Source: Candidatus Latescibacterota bacterium
GTDB lineage: Bacteria; Latescibacterota; UBA2968; UBA8231
Direction: 5' to 3'
Assembly (NCBI GenBank): GCA_965203355.1
Contig: OZ241889.1
Location: 2,144,001-2,208,000, forward strand
DNA length: 64,000 nucleotides
A program made the position numbers and the translations under genes. Shown one piece after another: positions 46,411 to 55,761 of this stretch (positions within the stretch are counted from its first letter, which is position 1; each line of letters begins with the position of its first letter). The notes beneath the pieces were generated by a model, which did not search any database, was not told the DNA's origin, and worked only from the letters and a program-made list of their open reading frames with translations.

Positions 46411-47256
46411 ATGTTTCGCTCGCTGTCGCCGGGGGCTATCGGCGTCAATGTAGAAAACCTCGCAGACGGGCTTGACTTGGCCGCGCGACACGGGTTTGCC
46501 GGCTATCACTTTAGCATCGGTGAAGTCGCGGTCCTGGGCGCCGAAGAAGCCCTCGCGTTAGCCGAGCGCCGAGGGGTGCGGCTGTCGGCGTGGGGATTCC
46601 CCGTTGATTTTCGCGGGGAGGAGGCCGCCTATCAACGGAGCTTGGCGCAGTTGCCCGCGTTGGCCAAGCTCGCAGCGGCGTTGGGGGTGCGGCGGACCGC
46701 GACTTGGATTATGCCGACCTCGGACGAACTGACGTACCAAGAAAACTTTGCCTTTCACGTCGAGCGGTTGCGGCCGGCCGCGGCCATACTCGCCGACGAA
46801 GGGGTGCGGCTGGGTTTGGAATATGTCGCGCCGAAAACGCTATGGACGAGCAAAAAGTACGAGTTTGTCCACGCGATGGCGCAAATGGAGGAACTGTGCC
46901 AAGCCGTGGGCGAAAACGCGGGCTTGCTGCTCGATAGCTGGCATTGGTACACGGCCCGCGAGGCGGCTGAGGATGTGCGCCGCTTGCATCCCCAGCAAGT
47001 GGTGGATGTCCACGTCAACGACGCACCGGCCAACGTAGAAATTGACGATCAGCTCGACCAAGTGCGCGAATTGCCCGGGGCGACTGGCGTAATCGACATC
47101 GCGGCGTTCCTCGGTGCGTTGCAGCACATTGGCTACGACGGCCCGGTCATGGTCGAGCCGTTCAGCGAACAGGTGCGCGCCATGAATCGAGAAGAGGCGG
47201 TGGCGACTACGGCCGCCGCGCTGGGCCGCGTGTGGGCGCAAGCCGGACTTGTGTGA
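46411..47256 (+). CDS. Sugar phosphate isomerase/epimerase (TIM barrel)
   Basis: LGLEYV, LLDSWHWY, VHVNDA, RELPGATGVID, VEPF; AAGGAG RBS. Confidence 0.85.
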   Translation: MFRSLSPGAIGVNVENLADGLDLAARHGFAGYHFSIGEVAVLGAEEALALAERRGVRLSAWGFPVDFRGEEAAYQRSLAQLPALAKLAAALGVRRTATWIMPTSDELTYQENFAFHVERLRPAAAILADEGVRLGLEYVAPKTLWTSKKYEFVHAMAQMEELCQAVGENAGLLLDSWHWYTAREAAEDVRRLHPQQVVDVHVNDAPANVEIDDQLDQVRELPGATGVIDIAAFLGALQHIGYDGPVMVEPFSEQVRAMNREEAVATTAAALGRVWAQAGLV

Positions 47257-49009
47257 CGTGGAAACTCGCACCATTGAATGCGACATCTTGGTTTTGGGCG
47301 GCGGTTTGGGCGGCGTGGCGGCGGCCGTGCGCGCCGCGCGCTTGGGCTACCGGGTCTGCCTGACCGAAGAAAACCCGTGGATTGGTGGCCAAGCCACCAG
47401 CCAAGGCGTCGCCGCCCTAGACGAGCATCCGCACATAGAGCACTTTGGCGGCACCGCCCTGTACGGCGAGTTCCGCGCTGGCATCCGCGCGTTCTATCGC
47501 CGCAAGTACAAACTGAAAAACCCCGACGACCCGCACTTCAACCCCGGGGCTGGCTGGGTCTCTGCCCTGTGCTTTGAGCCGCGCGCCGGTCTAACGGCCC
47601 TGCTGTCGTTGATCGCACCGCAGGTTGAAGCCGGTCGCCTGATGCTGTTTTACCGCGCCCGTGTGGCTGCCGTTCACGTCCAAGGCCAGTCCATCCACGC
47701 CCTAGAGGTCATCCAAGATGGCGGCCCGCACGTCTTGCGCTTTGCCCCGGCGTATGTGCTCGACGCCACCGAATTGGGCGACCTGCTACCCTTGTTGCCG
47801 GTCCCCTACGTTTCTGGTGCTGAAAGCCGCGCCCAGACCGGTGAGCCGCACGCCCGCGCTGAAGGCCCGGCCCCGCAGCTAACCCAGTCTTTTACCTGCC
47901 CGTTTGCAGTTGATTTCTGCCCTGGTCAAGATCACACCATCCCCCGCCCGCCCAACTACGAGCACCACCGCGACCAGCAGCCCTACACCTTGACCTTGCA
48001 GTACGCCCGCGGCCAGCGCACCTACCGATTTTTTGAGACCGCTGGCGATTTGCCCGGCTCCTTTTGGGCCTACCGCCGCTTGTTGTGCGCCGATCAATTC
48101 GCCGCCGGTCAGGTGCCTGGGGACGTGGCGTTGATCAACTGGCAGGGCAATGACTACACCGGCGGCACCCTCATTGACGTGCCGCCCGCTGAGCAAGCGC
48201 AACAGATAGCAGCGGCCAAGGAATTGAGCTTGGGCTTGTTGTACTGGCTGCAAACTGAGGTGCCGCGTGACGGCGGCGGGCGCGGTTATCCCGAGCTGAG
48301 GCTGCGCCCCGACATCATGGGGACTGCCGACGGCTTCTCCCAGTATCCCTACATCCGCGAGTCCCGGCGCATTGAAGCGCGCAAGACCATTGTCGAGCAA
48401 GAAGTCGCTGCTCCGCACCAACCCCATGCGCGTGCCGCTCCTTTTAGCGACAGCGTCGGCGTGGGCTGGTACGCCATCGATATCCACGGCCAAGCCACCG
48501 ACGTGGTGTACACCGCGCCTACCAAGCCCTTCCAGATCCCGTTGGGTGCGCTCGTGTCGCGGCACTTGGACAACCTGTTGGCGGCCGGCAAAAACATCGG
48601 CACCACGCACATCACCAATGGCTGCTACCGCTTGCATCCCGTGGAATGGAATATCGGCGAGGCCGCTGGTGCGTTGGCTGCGTTTTGCTTGGGACAGCAA
48701 CGGACTCCAGCGGAGGTGTGCAGCAGCGCGGCTTGGTGCCGTCAGTACCAGCAGACCTTGCTGACGGCTGGCGTGCCGCTGTATTGGTATGAAGATGTGC
48801 CGCTTGGGCATCCGGCCTTTGCAGCCGTACAGATGCTGGCCGTGGCGGGGATATGGCCGGGCTGCGCCGATCATTTGCGCTTCGATCCAGACGCCTTGGC
48901 CGACGCGCCCGTCGAGCGTCTGCGGGCGGCCGGGCTGTCGCCGGACCTGGCGGGCCGCGAGCCTATAACGCGCGAGGACTTGGCGCGCCGGATGGCCCAG
49001 CATTTGTAA
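47249..49009 (+). CDS. FAD-dependent oxidoreductase
   Basis: DILVLGGGLGGVAAA, DATELGDLL, PYIRESRR, FQIPLGAL, YRLHPVEWNIGEAAG. Confidence 0.88.
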   Translation: MCDVETRTIECDILVLGGGLGGVAAAVRAARLGYRVCLTEENPWIGGQATSQGVAALDEHPHIEHFGGTALYGEFRAGIRAFYRRKYKLKNPDDPHFNPGAGWVSALCFEPRAGLTALLSLIAPQVEAGRLMLFYRARVAAVHVQGQSIHALEVIQDGGPHVLRFAPAYVLDATELGDLLPLLPVPYVSGAESRAQTGEPHARAEGPAPQLTQSFTCPFAVDFCPGQDHTIPRPPNYEHHRDQQPYTLTLQYARGQRTYRFFETAGDLPGSFWAYRRLLCADQFAAGQVPGDVALINWQGNDYTGGTLIDVPPAEQAQQIAAAKELSLGLLYWLQTEVPRDGGGRGYPELRLRPDIMGTADGFSQYPYIRESRRIEARKTIVEQEVAAPHQPHARAAPFSDSVGVGWYAIDIHGQATDVVYTAPTKPFQIPLGALVSRHLDNLLAAGKNIGTTHITNGCYRLHPVEWNIGEAAGALAAFCLGQQRTPAEVCSSAAWCRQYQQTLLTAGVPLYWYEDVPLGHPAFAAVQMLAVAGIWPGCADHLRFDPDALADAPVERLRAAGLSPDLAGREPITREDLARRMAQHL

Positions 49010-49041
49010 CGGATAATCCGATGGCGTAAATTTAAACGAGA

Positions 49042-49117
<76 letters not shown>

Positions 49118-49134
49118 ACCTTTTTCTTCAGTGT

Positions 49135-49223
49135 GCCTTACTTCGCCAATCCCCGCTCGGCCTTCTGCTCAAAATCTCGCATCTCGTCCGCCCCGTCCAA
49201 CACGCCGATTTCCATGTTGAACT
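49135..49223. repeat. 89-bp direct repeat, left copy (duplicated 3' end of the epimerase gene)
   Basis: Matches 51259-51347 with one mismatch. Confidence 0.95.
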
Positions 49224-49340
49224 ATGGTCGAGGTGAGGATGGAGTGGTTGCCGTGAGCTAGGGTGCAGCCGGGGAGACAGGATGGGGCGTAAAATGCGGG
49301 TCGTCGCTGGTAGCCAACTGAATCCACGATTCCGAATTCA

Positions 49341-49844
49341 TCAAAGCGTCCGATCAGCCCGTTCCATAAGTTCTGGGCACAGAAATGACACTTTGATGCC
49401 GTGTCGATCCAAGACATTGCGATAGTTCCACCAGTCCGTGTCCGAGGCGTTGAGTATCGGAGGGTTGGTTTTGCTCGATAGTGCCACAGCGACAAACTTT
49501 CTGTCATCTCGGTCGAAGTTGGCAAGAGCAGAATCATCTGGGAACTCTGCAAAGCCGTGGTCTGTGTGCGGTGTTACTGCTACTTTGCGGCAGTGTTCAG
49601 GATTAGCCTGATTAAAAAAAAGCCACTTAAAAAAGGAGTCACCCATCCCGGGATGTCCGCTGAAACTCAGTGTCTTCTGATATTCGTCAAGTATCAATCC
49701 ATCCGAGTCAAGCACTACTACACATCCATTAACTACGCGCTCCAGTTCAGCAATGCATCGTTCAACACATTCATCACTTGCTTGTTGAGCAAAACCATTG
49801 GCAACTACTGCGACATTCGTATCCACTATGACCTCCGACATCAC
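49341..49844 (-). CDS. PIN-domain protein (putative RNase toxin/effector)
   Basis: VIVDTNVAVVAN, ILDEY, DRDDRKFVAVA, NASDTDW; overlaps the ATPase stop. Confidence 0.75.
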   Translation of the reverse strand: MMSEVIVDTNVAVVANGFAQQASDECVERCIAELERVVNGCVVVLDSDGLILDEYQKTLSFSGHPGMGDSFFKWLFFNQANPEHCRKVAVTPHTDHGFAEFPDDSALANFDRDDRKFVAVALSSKTNPPILNASDTDWWNYRNVLDRHGIKVSFLCPELMERADRTL

Positions 49845-51187
49845 GAGGTCCTATCGCGCTTGCGTTGTAGTGCAGCTTTACTCATGGCAGCGATTTCGCC
49901 AAACTGGTCACCAAAAAAATTTTGCGGCCAGTTAACGATATGGCCGAATAGGTCGAGTTTGAGTTCCGTGATATTCGAGCGCGTCCTATTTGTCTCGCAG
50001 AAATACAGTCCGATTGCTTCCTCTTTGACCTTGCCCTCAGCAAGCCGCCGCTGCAAACGATTCAACAGGTGTTCGCTGTGACTCTCTAGAATGACTTGCA
50101 CCCGTCGTTTGTCCCATGTGTCAATCAATATGTCCGCGAGACCCGCTTGGACTGCGGGATGTAGGTGGATTTCAGGTTGTTCTAGAATGATGGTAGAGTG
50201 CTCTGGCACATAGAAACACAGCACCAGTACGGGAAGGATTTGCGAGACACCGAAGCCGACATCGGTGATGAGGACCTCGGCTGCCTCCGAAGTACGGCGA
50301 ACCTTGACCGCAAAAACTGGGCTTCCTTCGGCAAGAGGTTCGACGCGGAAGTCGTGGATGAGTCCGAGCTTTTTGAGCCATTCCGCAACGTACTCCTCAA
50401 GGGTAAGGCGTCTATAGCCTCGACCGCGACTGATCTTATCACCTCGTTCCCGTGAGGCAAGGATCGCATCCACAACGAATTCCCCTGCCTGACCCACATC
50501 GATTGGTTGTGCTCCAGTCCAGGTATATCGACGCTCGGGGTAGGCACGTAGCGGACCAAGATAGTACACATCCTTCAGACGTTCTTCGAGTGCTAGTTCG
50601 AGATCGGCTACAAAGCCGGCATTTTGAAAGTAGGCTCGTGCTTGGTCTGGAAAGCCGTAACATTTGGTGGGCGCAGGCAATGGCCATTTCCGTCCCATAG
50701 CATGGACAAAGCTGAAATCTGTCCCGTGCGAAAAGAGTTCATACTGGGGTTTGTTCCCTGAGCTCCGGCGCATACCGAAAGTGGCGTCGCCGACGCGATA
50801 CGCCATTTCACGTACAATCTGTTCAGCCTGAGTCCGGAAGCCAAGCTGCTCGCTGTCGGCGACGACCTGATTGGCGTTCTTTGAGTTGACCACTTTGAAG
50901 GGGCGGGCGACTTTCCAGTCGATCTCCATGTCCAAGAAACCATTCGCATCGTGCCCATGAACGGTGCTTTGGAAGTCGCCCAAGTCTGCCGGCGTCTTTC
51001 TGTCGCCAAAATTGAAGACCAGTGAACGGTCTGGCGAATCGGCTGTCTGCTTTAGGAGGAGAAGAGCTTGGATCAGGCTCGTCTTGCCGGAACTATTCGT
51101 TCCGAAGATTCCCGTGATTGGGCGCAGGTTGATATCGCCGGTATCGGGCCAGGACTTGAAGCCCTTTAGACGTAGATGAGTTAGCAT
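49841..51187 (-). CDS. ABC-type (AAA_21/DUF3696-like) ATPase
   Basis: GFKS, GTNSSGKTS, YLGPLR, DVGFGVSQILP, LEQPEIHLHP, ESHSEH, WPQNFF. Confidence 0.88.
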   Translation of the reverse strand: MLTHLRLKGFKSWPDTGDINLRPITGIFGTNSSGKTSLIQALLLLKQTADSPDRSLVFNFGDRKTPADLGDFQSTVHGHDANGFLDMEIDWKVARPFKVVNSKNANQVVADSEQLGFRTQAEQIVREMAYRVGDATFGMRRSSGNKPQYELFSHGTDFSFVHAMGRKWPLPAPTKCYGFPDQARAYFQNAGFVADLELALEERLKDVYYLGPLRAYPERRYTWTGAQPIDVGQAGEFVVDAILASRERGDKISRGRGYRRLTLEEYVAEWLKKLGLIHDFRVEPLAEGSPVFAVKVRRTSEAAEVLITDVGFGVSQILPVLVLCFYVPEHSTIILEQPEIHLHPAVQAGLADILIDTWDKRRVQVILESHSEHLLNRLQRRLAEGKVKEEAIGLYFCETNRTRSNITELKLDLFGHIVNWPQNFFGDQFGEIAAMSKAALQRKRDRTS

Positions 51188-51258
51188 TAGAACGTCTCCT
51201 TCACGAGATGTCGGTCATTGACGTACATTTCTCTTTGATTCCGCTAACGCCCAGCGTG

Positions 51259-51347
51259 GCCTTACTTCGCCAATCCCCGCTCGGCCTTCTGCTCAAAGTC
51301 TCGCATCTCGTCCGCCCCGTCCAACACGCCGATTTCCATGTTGAACT
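51259..51347. repeat. 89-bp direct repeat, right copy (current 3' end of the epimerase gene)
   Basis: Matches 49135-49223 and includes the TAA stop at 51262. Confidence 0.95.
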
Positions 51348-52350
51348 CGCGCACCTCGCCCGGCTCGATGTACTGCAAGGTCCCGTGCTTGCGGTTCCAG
51401 GCGCGGCCGAGCACTGAGCAGTTGCCCGGCTCAATGCCGGTGACGTAAGTGCCCTTGTGGAAGTGCTGCCAGTGGTTGACGATGGGGAGCTCGCTGTGCT
51501 TGAACCGCCAATACAACCCCAAGCCGAGCGGCTCGTTGAGCAGGCCGATGTGGACGCGCCCTTGGCGGTCGGTTCGGGGGCGATGCACGTACACATCGTC
51601 GTGGGCGTGTGGTTGCGGCCCTTTGGCCACGGCGTAGTCTGCGGGGCCAACCGGGTGGTCCTCGGTCCATTCGGTGCTCTCGTGGCTGTGGAGGACAAGA
51701 CGCGTTCCGGCGTCGAGCAGGGGGAAGCCGGGGTTGCAGTGATACACGAACATGAGCGGCGAGCGGTCGGCCGCCAGGTTTTCGATGCGGTCGCGGATGT
51801 GGATGCTCCGCTCGCCGAGCACGGTCGAGATCTCGCGCGACAGCTCCAGATTCTCGGCAAAGACTTCGGCTTGGCGCATTTGGCCGCGGATGCGGACGAC
51901 GTAATCCGAACCCTCCCAGCCCGCCTCAATACCGACGTTTTTGGCCGGGATGTACGAGAGGCGGCCGTGCAGCGGCATCTCGGCGTTTTCTTCCTGGGGA
52001 TCGACTTCTGGGTGGCCGACAAAGTCGAGGCCGCAAGAGGTGACTAGCCCGCCGAACCAGCCGCGTCCCCATTTGAAGCCCTGTGACTCGTAGAAGGCCG
52101 GCCCGACGTCGCCGGGGCCAGAGCGGAAGCACAGCGACTGGCCCTTGTAGTGGGCCGAGGCAATGTCGAGGGCGCGGCCGGGCAAAACGGAAAATGCCAA
52201 GCCCGAAGCGTTGAACACGTCGATGAGGTCCGCGCCGCGCTCGAATCCTTCGCGACGCTCGGCGCGGCGGGCGTACATGAGTTGGCTGATGTCGCCGACG
52301 CGGTTGAGCAGTTGGCGGCGGGTGAAGTTGCGACCGAAGAGTTTGGGCAT
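51262..52350 (-). CDS. Aldose-1-epimerase-like (DUF4432) protein
   Basis: GRALDIASA, GGLVTSCGL, PLHGRLS, YHCNPGFPLL, YVTGIEPGN. Confidence 0.85.
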   Translation of the reverse strand: MPKLFGRNFTRRQLLNRVGDISQLMYARRAERREGFERGADLIDVFNASGLAFSVLPGRALDIASAHYKGQSLCFRSGPGDVGPAFYESQGFKWGRGWFGGLVTSCGLDFVGHPEVDPQEENAEMPLHGRLSYIPAKNVGIEAGWEGSDYVVRIRGQMRQAEVFAENLELSREISTVLGERSIHIRDRIENLAADRSPLMFVYHCNPGFPLLDAGTRLVLHSHESTEWTEDHPVGPADYAVAKGPQPHAHDDVYVHRPRTDRQGRVHIGLLNEPLGLGLYWRFKHSELPIVNHWQHFHKGTYVTGIEPGNCSVLGRAWNRKHGTLQYIEPGEVREFNMEIGVLDGADEMRDFEQKAERGLAK

Positions 52351-52474
52351 GAGGGATCTCCTGTGTACAGGCGAAGCCTTGTAGATGTTTGGGTTTTTCA
52401 ATATAAGATTATAGAGCAAACGGGCGAATGGCTCTTCCCGGTCCCTGTAAACGCATTGAGAGCGATCAGAAAGC

Positions 52475-53386
52475 ATGGCTTTTACAACGGCGGTACAGCT
52501 CGAAGACGTGTGGAAGCACTTTGGCTCGGTCGAGGCCGTACGCGGGGTGTCGCTGCGCGTACCCGCGGGGTGTATCTACGGGCTGTTGGGCCCCAATGGC
52601 GCGGGTAAGACGACCCTGATCCGCATGATTATGAGCATCTTCTTCGCCGACTCCGGGCGCATCGGCCTGCTGGATGGGCAACAGGCCCTCGCGGTCAAAG
52701 ACCAGCTCGGCTACCTGCCCGAGGAAAAGGGCCTGTACAAGAAGATGAAGGTCGCCGAGGTCATGATCTATTTCGCGCAGCTCAAGGGGATTGCGGCCGA
52801 TGCGGCCCAGCAGCGGGCGGCCGAGTTGTTGCAGCGCTATGGCCTCGGGGGCTATCAGGATCGGCGTTGCGAGGTGCTGTCCAAGGGCATGGAGCAAAAG
52901 GTGCAATTGCTCGCGGCGCTGATCCACGAGCCCGAGCTAGTCATTCTCGACGAGCCTTTTTCCGGGCTCGATCCGGTCAACCGCGATCTGATGCGGGATG
53001 TCATCTTGCAGATGCGCCGCGACGGCAAAACGGTGATTTTCTCGACCCATCTAATGGATCAGGCCGAGCAGCTATGCGACTTTGTCGCGCTGATCCACAA
53101 AGGGCAAAAGGTAGTTGATGGCCCGTTGGGCCAAGTGCTCGCCAGTGGGGGGCGCGCCGCAGTGCTCGACTACGATGGCGACGGGCGGGTGCTGCGCGGG
53201 CTGCCGGGCGTTGTTCGGGTCAATGACTCGGGCAAGCGGGCCGAGCTTTTTCTGGCCGAGGGCGCGGACTCGCAAGCGCTGTTGGCCGCGCTCGTTCCCA
53301 AGGTGCAGATACGGGGCTTTGCCCTGCGCACGGCCTCTTTGCACGAGATCTTCATCCGCGCCATAGGGGAGGCCGACGATGCGTAA
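52475..53386 (+). CDS. ABC-2 exporter ATP-binding subunit
   Basis: GPNGAGKTT, GYLPEEKGLY, LSKGM, LDEPFSGLDPVN, FSTH. Confidence 0.92.
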   Translation: MAFTTAVQLEDVWKHFGSVEAVRGVSLRVPAGCIYGLLGPNGAGKTTLIRMIMSIFFADSGRIGLLDGQQALAVKDQLGYLPEEKGLYKKMKVAEVMIYFAQLKGIAADAAQQRAAELLQRYGLGGYQDRRCEVLSKGMEQKVQLLAALIHEPELVILDEPFSGLDPVNRDLMRDVILQMRRDGKTVIFSTHLMDQAEQLCDFVALIHKGQKVVDGPLGQVLASGGRAAVLDYDGDGRVLRGLPGVVRVNDSGKRAELFLAEGADSQALLAALVPKVQIRGFALRTASLHEIFIRAIGEADDA

Positions 53387-54911
53387 AATTGCTTTAGTTG
53401 CCCGGCGCGAATACGCCGAGCACGTCCGCACGAAGGGGTTTTGGCTCGGCGTCTTGGCCTTCCCGCTCATCCTCGCGTTGAGCGTTGTGGTGCCCCTTCT
53501 ATTGAGTGAAACCAAACAGGCGCGGACCTATGCGGTAATCGACCATTCGGGTTTTGCGTTAGGGGAAGTGGAAAAGGGCATTCTGGCCGAAGATCTGGGT
53601 ATAGTGCTGCGGGATGCTGCCGAGCGCTATCGCGATGGTGGGCAGGATTGGGAGCGTTTGCCAGATGCGATTCGGGCGGCCGCGAAGGGCTATGTGAGCT
53701 TGGACGAAGCGGAGCGGCCAGCACTGGTTCAGGGCTTCACGGCGGGCGAAGATGAGGTTGCGGCGGGCCTCGTCGAGTGGTGGCAGCAGGTGTCGGCCGA
53801 GGAGTTAGAGGCCCTCGATTTGGAACTCTCGCGCAGCCGCTACGTCCGGGTGGAAGTGCCCAAGGGCGACGATCCGCCAGCCGCACTCAACCGCATGGTG
53901 AACGACGGCGCGCTCTTTGCCTACTTCGTCATCGCTCCGGATCCCGTCGCTAGCGACGAGGGGTGCAAATATATCTCTTTGAATCGGACCGATCAGGACT
54001 TGCGCCATTGGTTTGCAGACCGGGTGTTCCAAGCGGTGCGGGCGCGGCGCATTGAACAGGCGGGCCTCGACGCAGCAACGAGCAACTGGCTGCATACTCC
54101 AGTGCATTTTGCCGAGCACAAGGTCGATAAGCGCGGCGACGAGGCCGAGGTTTCCACGGTCGATAGGGTCCAGCAATGGGCCGTCGTACCGTTCGTTTAT
54201 CTCTTGTGGATGGCGATATTTGTCAACGCGCAGACGCTTATGACCAACACGGTAGAAGAGAAGTCGTCGCGCCTCATCGAAGTGCTGCTGTCCGCGCTCT
54301 CACCCTTTGAGTTAATGGCTGGAAAAATCGCGGGCACGGCCGCGGTTGGGCTGACCTTGGTTTTTACTTGGGTCGCGTGCGTTGTGATAGGGGTGGTAAT
54401 CGCACCCGCCGCGTTGGGGGACGATGCGGCCTCTATCGTCCGTATTGCTAGTACGCCGCTGTACTTGTGGTCCTTTGTTTTTTACTTTTTGGCTGGCTTC
54501 CTGCTGTACGCCTGCTTGTTGGTAGGGGCCGGCTCGCTGTGCAATAGCTTAAAAGACGCGCAGAGCTTGATGTGGCCGCTCCTCGTACCGCTGATCGTGC
54601 CGTTGCTCACCATGATACCCGTCACTCAAGACCCCAACGGCACCTTGGCGCGCGTGATGTCCTACATCCCGCTCTTCACCCCTTTTGTCATGATGAATCG
54701 GGCCGCTGGCTCGCCGCCGCTGTGGGAGTATCTGGCGACCACCGTGCTGCTTTTGCTGTCCATCTACCTGGCGGTGCAGGGAGCGGGCAAGGTCTTTCGC
54801 ATCGGCATCTTGATGACGGGCAAGCCGCCGCGGTTGGGCGAGGTCATGCGCTGGTTGACGGCCAAAGAAAACATCGGCCCGGCGGCACACGAAGCGGACG
54901 AGGTCAGTTGA
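53379..54911 (+). CDS. ABC-2 permease (NatB/YhaP-like)
   Basis: VARREY...RTKGF, large extracytoplasmic loop, VEEKSSRLIEVLLS, multiple TMs. Confidence 0.9.
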   Translation: MRKIALVARREYAEHVRTKGFWLGVLAFPLILALSVVVPLLLSETKQARTYAVIDHSGFALGEVEKGILAEDLGIVLRDAAERYRDGGQDWERLPDAIRAAAKGYVSLDEAERPALVQGFTAGEDEVAAGLVEWWQQVSAEELEALDLELSRSRYVRVEVPKGDDPPAALNRMVNDGALFAYFVIAPDPVASDEGCKYISLNRTDQDLRHWFADRVFQAVRARRIEQAGLDAATSNWLHTPVHFAEHKVDKRGDEAEVSTVDRVQQWAVVPFVYLLWMAIFVNAQTLMTNTVEEKSSRLIEVLLSALSPFELMAGKIAGTAAVGLTLVFTWVACVVIGVVIAPAALGDDAASIVRIASTPLYLWSFVFYFLAGFLLYACLLVGAGSLCNSLKDAQSLMWPLLVPLIVPLLTMIPVTQDPNGTLARVMSYIPLFTPFVMMNRAAGSPPLWEYLATTVLLLLSIYLAVQGAGKVFRIGILMTGKPPRLGEVMRWLTAKENIGPAAHEADEVS

Positions 54912-55746
54912 GCGGGATCAAGCGATTGGCAAGAACGCGGATGTTGTGCTCGATGGTGGAGGCGTCCGCGGCGTCGCCGGCCCAGCGAAGGTACTCGTTA
55001 AAGGCTTCAATGGCCTTGAGGTACTCGCGGGTGTGGTGGTAGAGGAAGCCGAGGTCGCGGTGGTTTTCGGCTTCGGCCGGCTGTAGATAGGCGATTTTCT
55101 CGGCCCAGCCGATGGCGGTGGAAAACTCCCGAGCTTGGAGGTGTAGGCGTTTGAGGTTGCGGAGCATGCGCGCCAAGACATGCAGCGACGAGGCTGGCTC
55201 GATGAATTCAGGGGCCAATTTGAGTCGGCGGCCCTCAATGATCGGCAGCCGCTCGCCTAGGGACTCGCCATCGACAAAAGCACCGTCGGCAAAGGGATCG
55301 ACGAAGAGCGGCTCGTCGCCTTGGGTGCTGCGCACGAGGAAGTGATGCGGAAAATTGACCCCGGCTAGGGGAATGGACAGCCGCTTGCCCAGCGCCAGAT
55401 AGACGACCGCGAGGGTGATGGGAATGCCGAGGCGGCGGTCGAGGACCTCGTTGAGATAGCTGTTGCGGGGATCGTCGTAGTGGGTGCGGTTGCCGCGGAA
55501 GCCGAGGTCGCCGAACACGTATTGGCTCAAGTTAATAAGCGAGGCTGGCAGGGAATCGGCTGGGGCATAGCGGGCGCGAAACTCCTCGCTCAGCGCGTCG
55601 AGCTGCCGCAGGTAGTGTTTGATATCGAGGTCGGGATAGGCCGACAAGGCGATGAGCAAGGCCCCGTGGGCGAGGTCGATCTCGCCGGAGGAGTGCCGCG
55701 CCTGCTGGACGAGTTCAAAAAAAGGGTCGGAAGGCCGTGGACGCAT
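54904..55746 (-). CDS. SirB1-like transglutaminase/TPR protein
   Basis: GFRGNRTHYDDPRNSYLNEVLDRRLGIPITL, GVNFPHHFLVR, RMLRNLK, RDLG. Confidence 0.88.
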   Translation of the reverse strand: MRPRPSDPFFELVQQARHSSGEIDLAHGALLIALSAYPDLDIKHYLRQLDALSEEFRARYAPADSLPASLINLSQYVFGDLGFRGNRTHYDDPRNSYLNEVLDRRLGIPITLAVVYLALGKRLSIPLAGVNFPHHFLVRSTQGDEPLFVDPFADGAFVDGESLGERLPIIEGRRLKLAPEFIEPASSLHVLARMLRNLKRLHLQAREFSTAIGWAEKIAYLQPAEAENHRDLGFLYHHTREYLKAIEAFNEYLRWAGDAADASTIEHNIRVLANRLIPLN

Positions 55747-55761
55747 ACGCTGCGGCCCCGG

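Larger units (their letters stand above)
49135..51347. mobile_element. Integrase-less genomic islet (ATPase + PIN) bounded by 89-bp direct repeats
   Basis: Flanking repeats 2124 bp apart, visibly lower GC cargo, adjacent to the tRNA 3' end. Confidence 0.7.
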
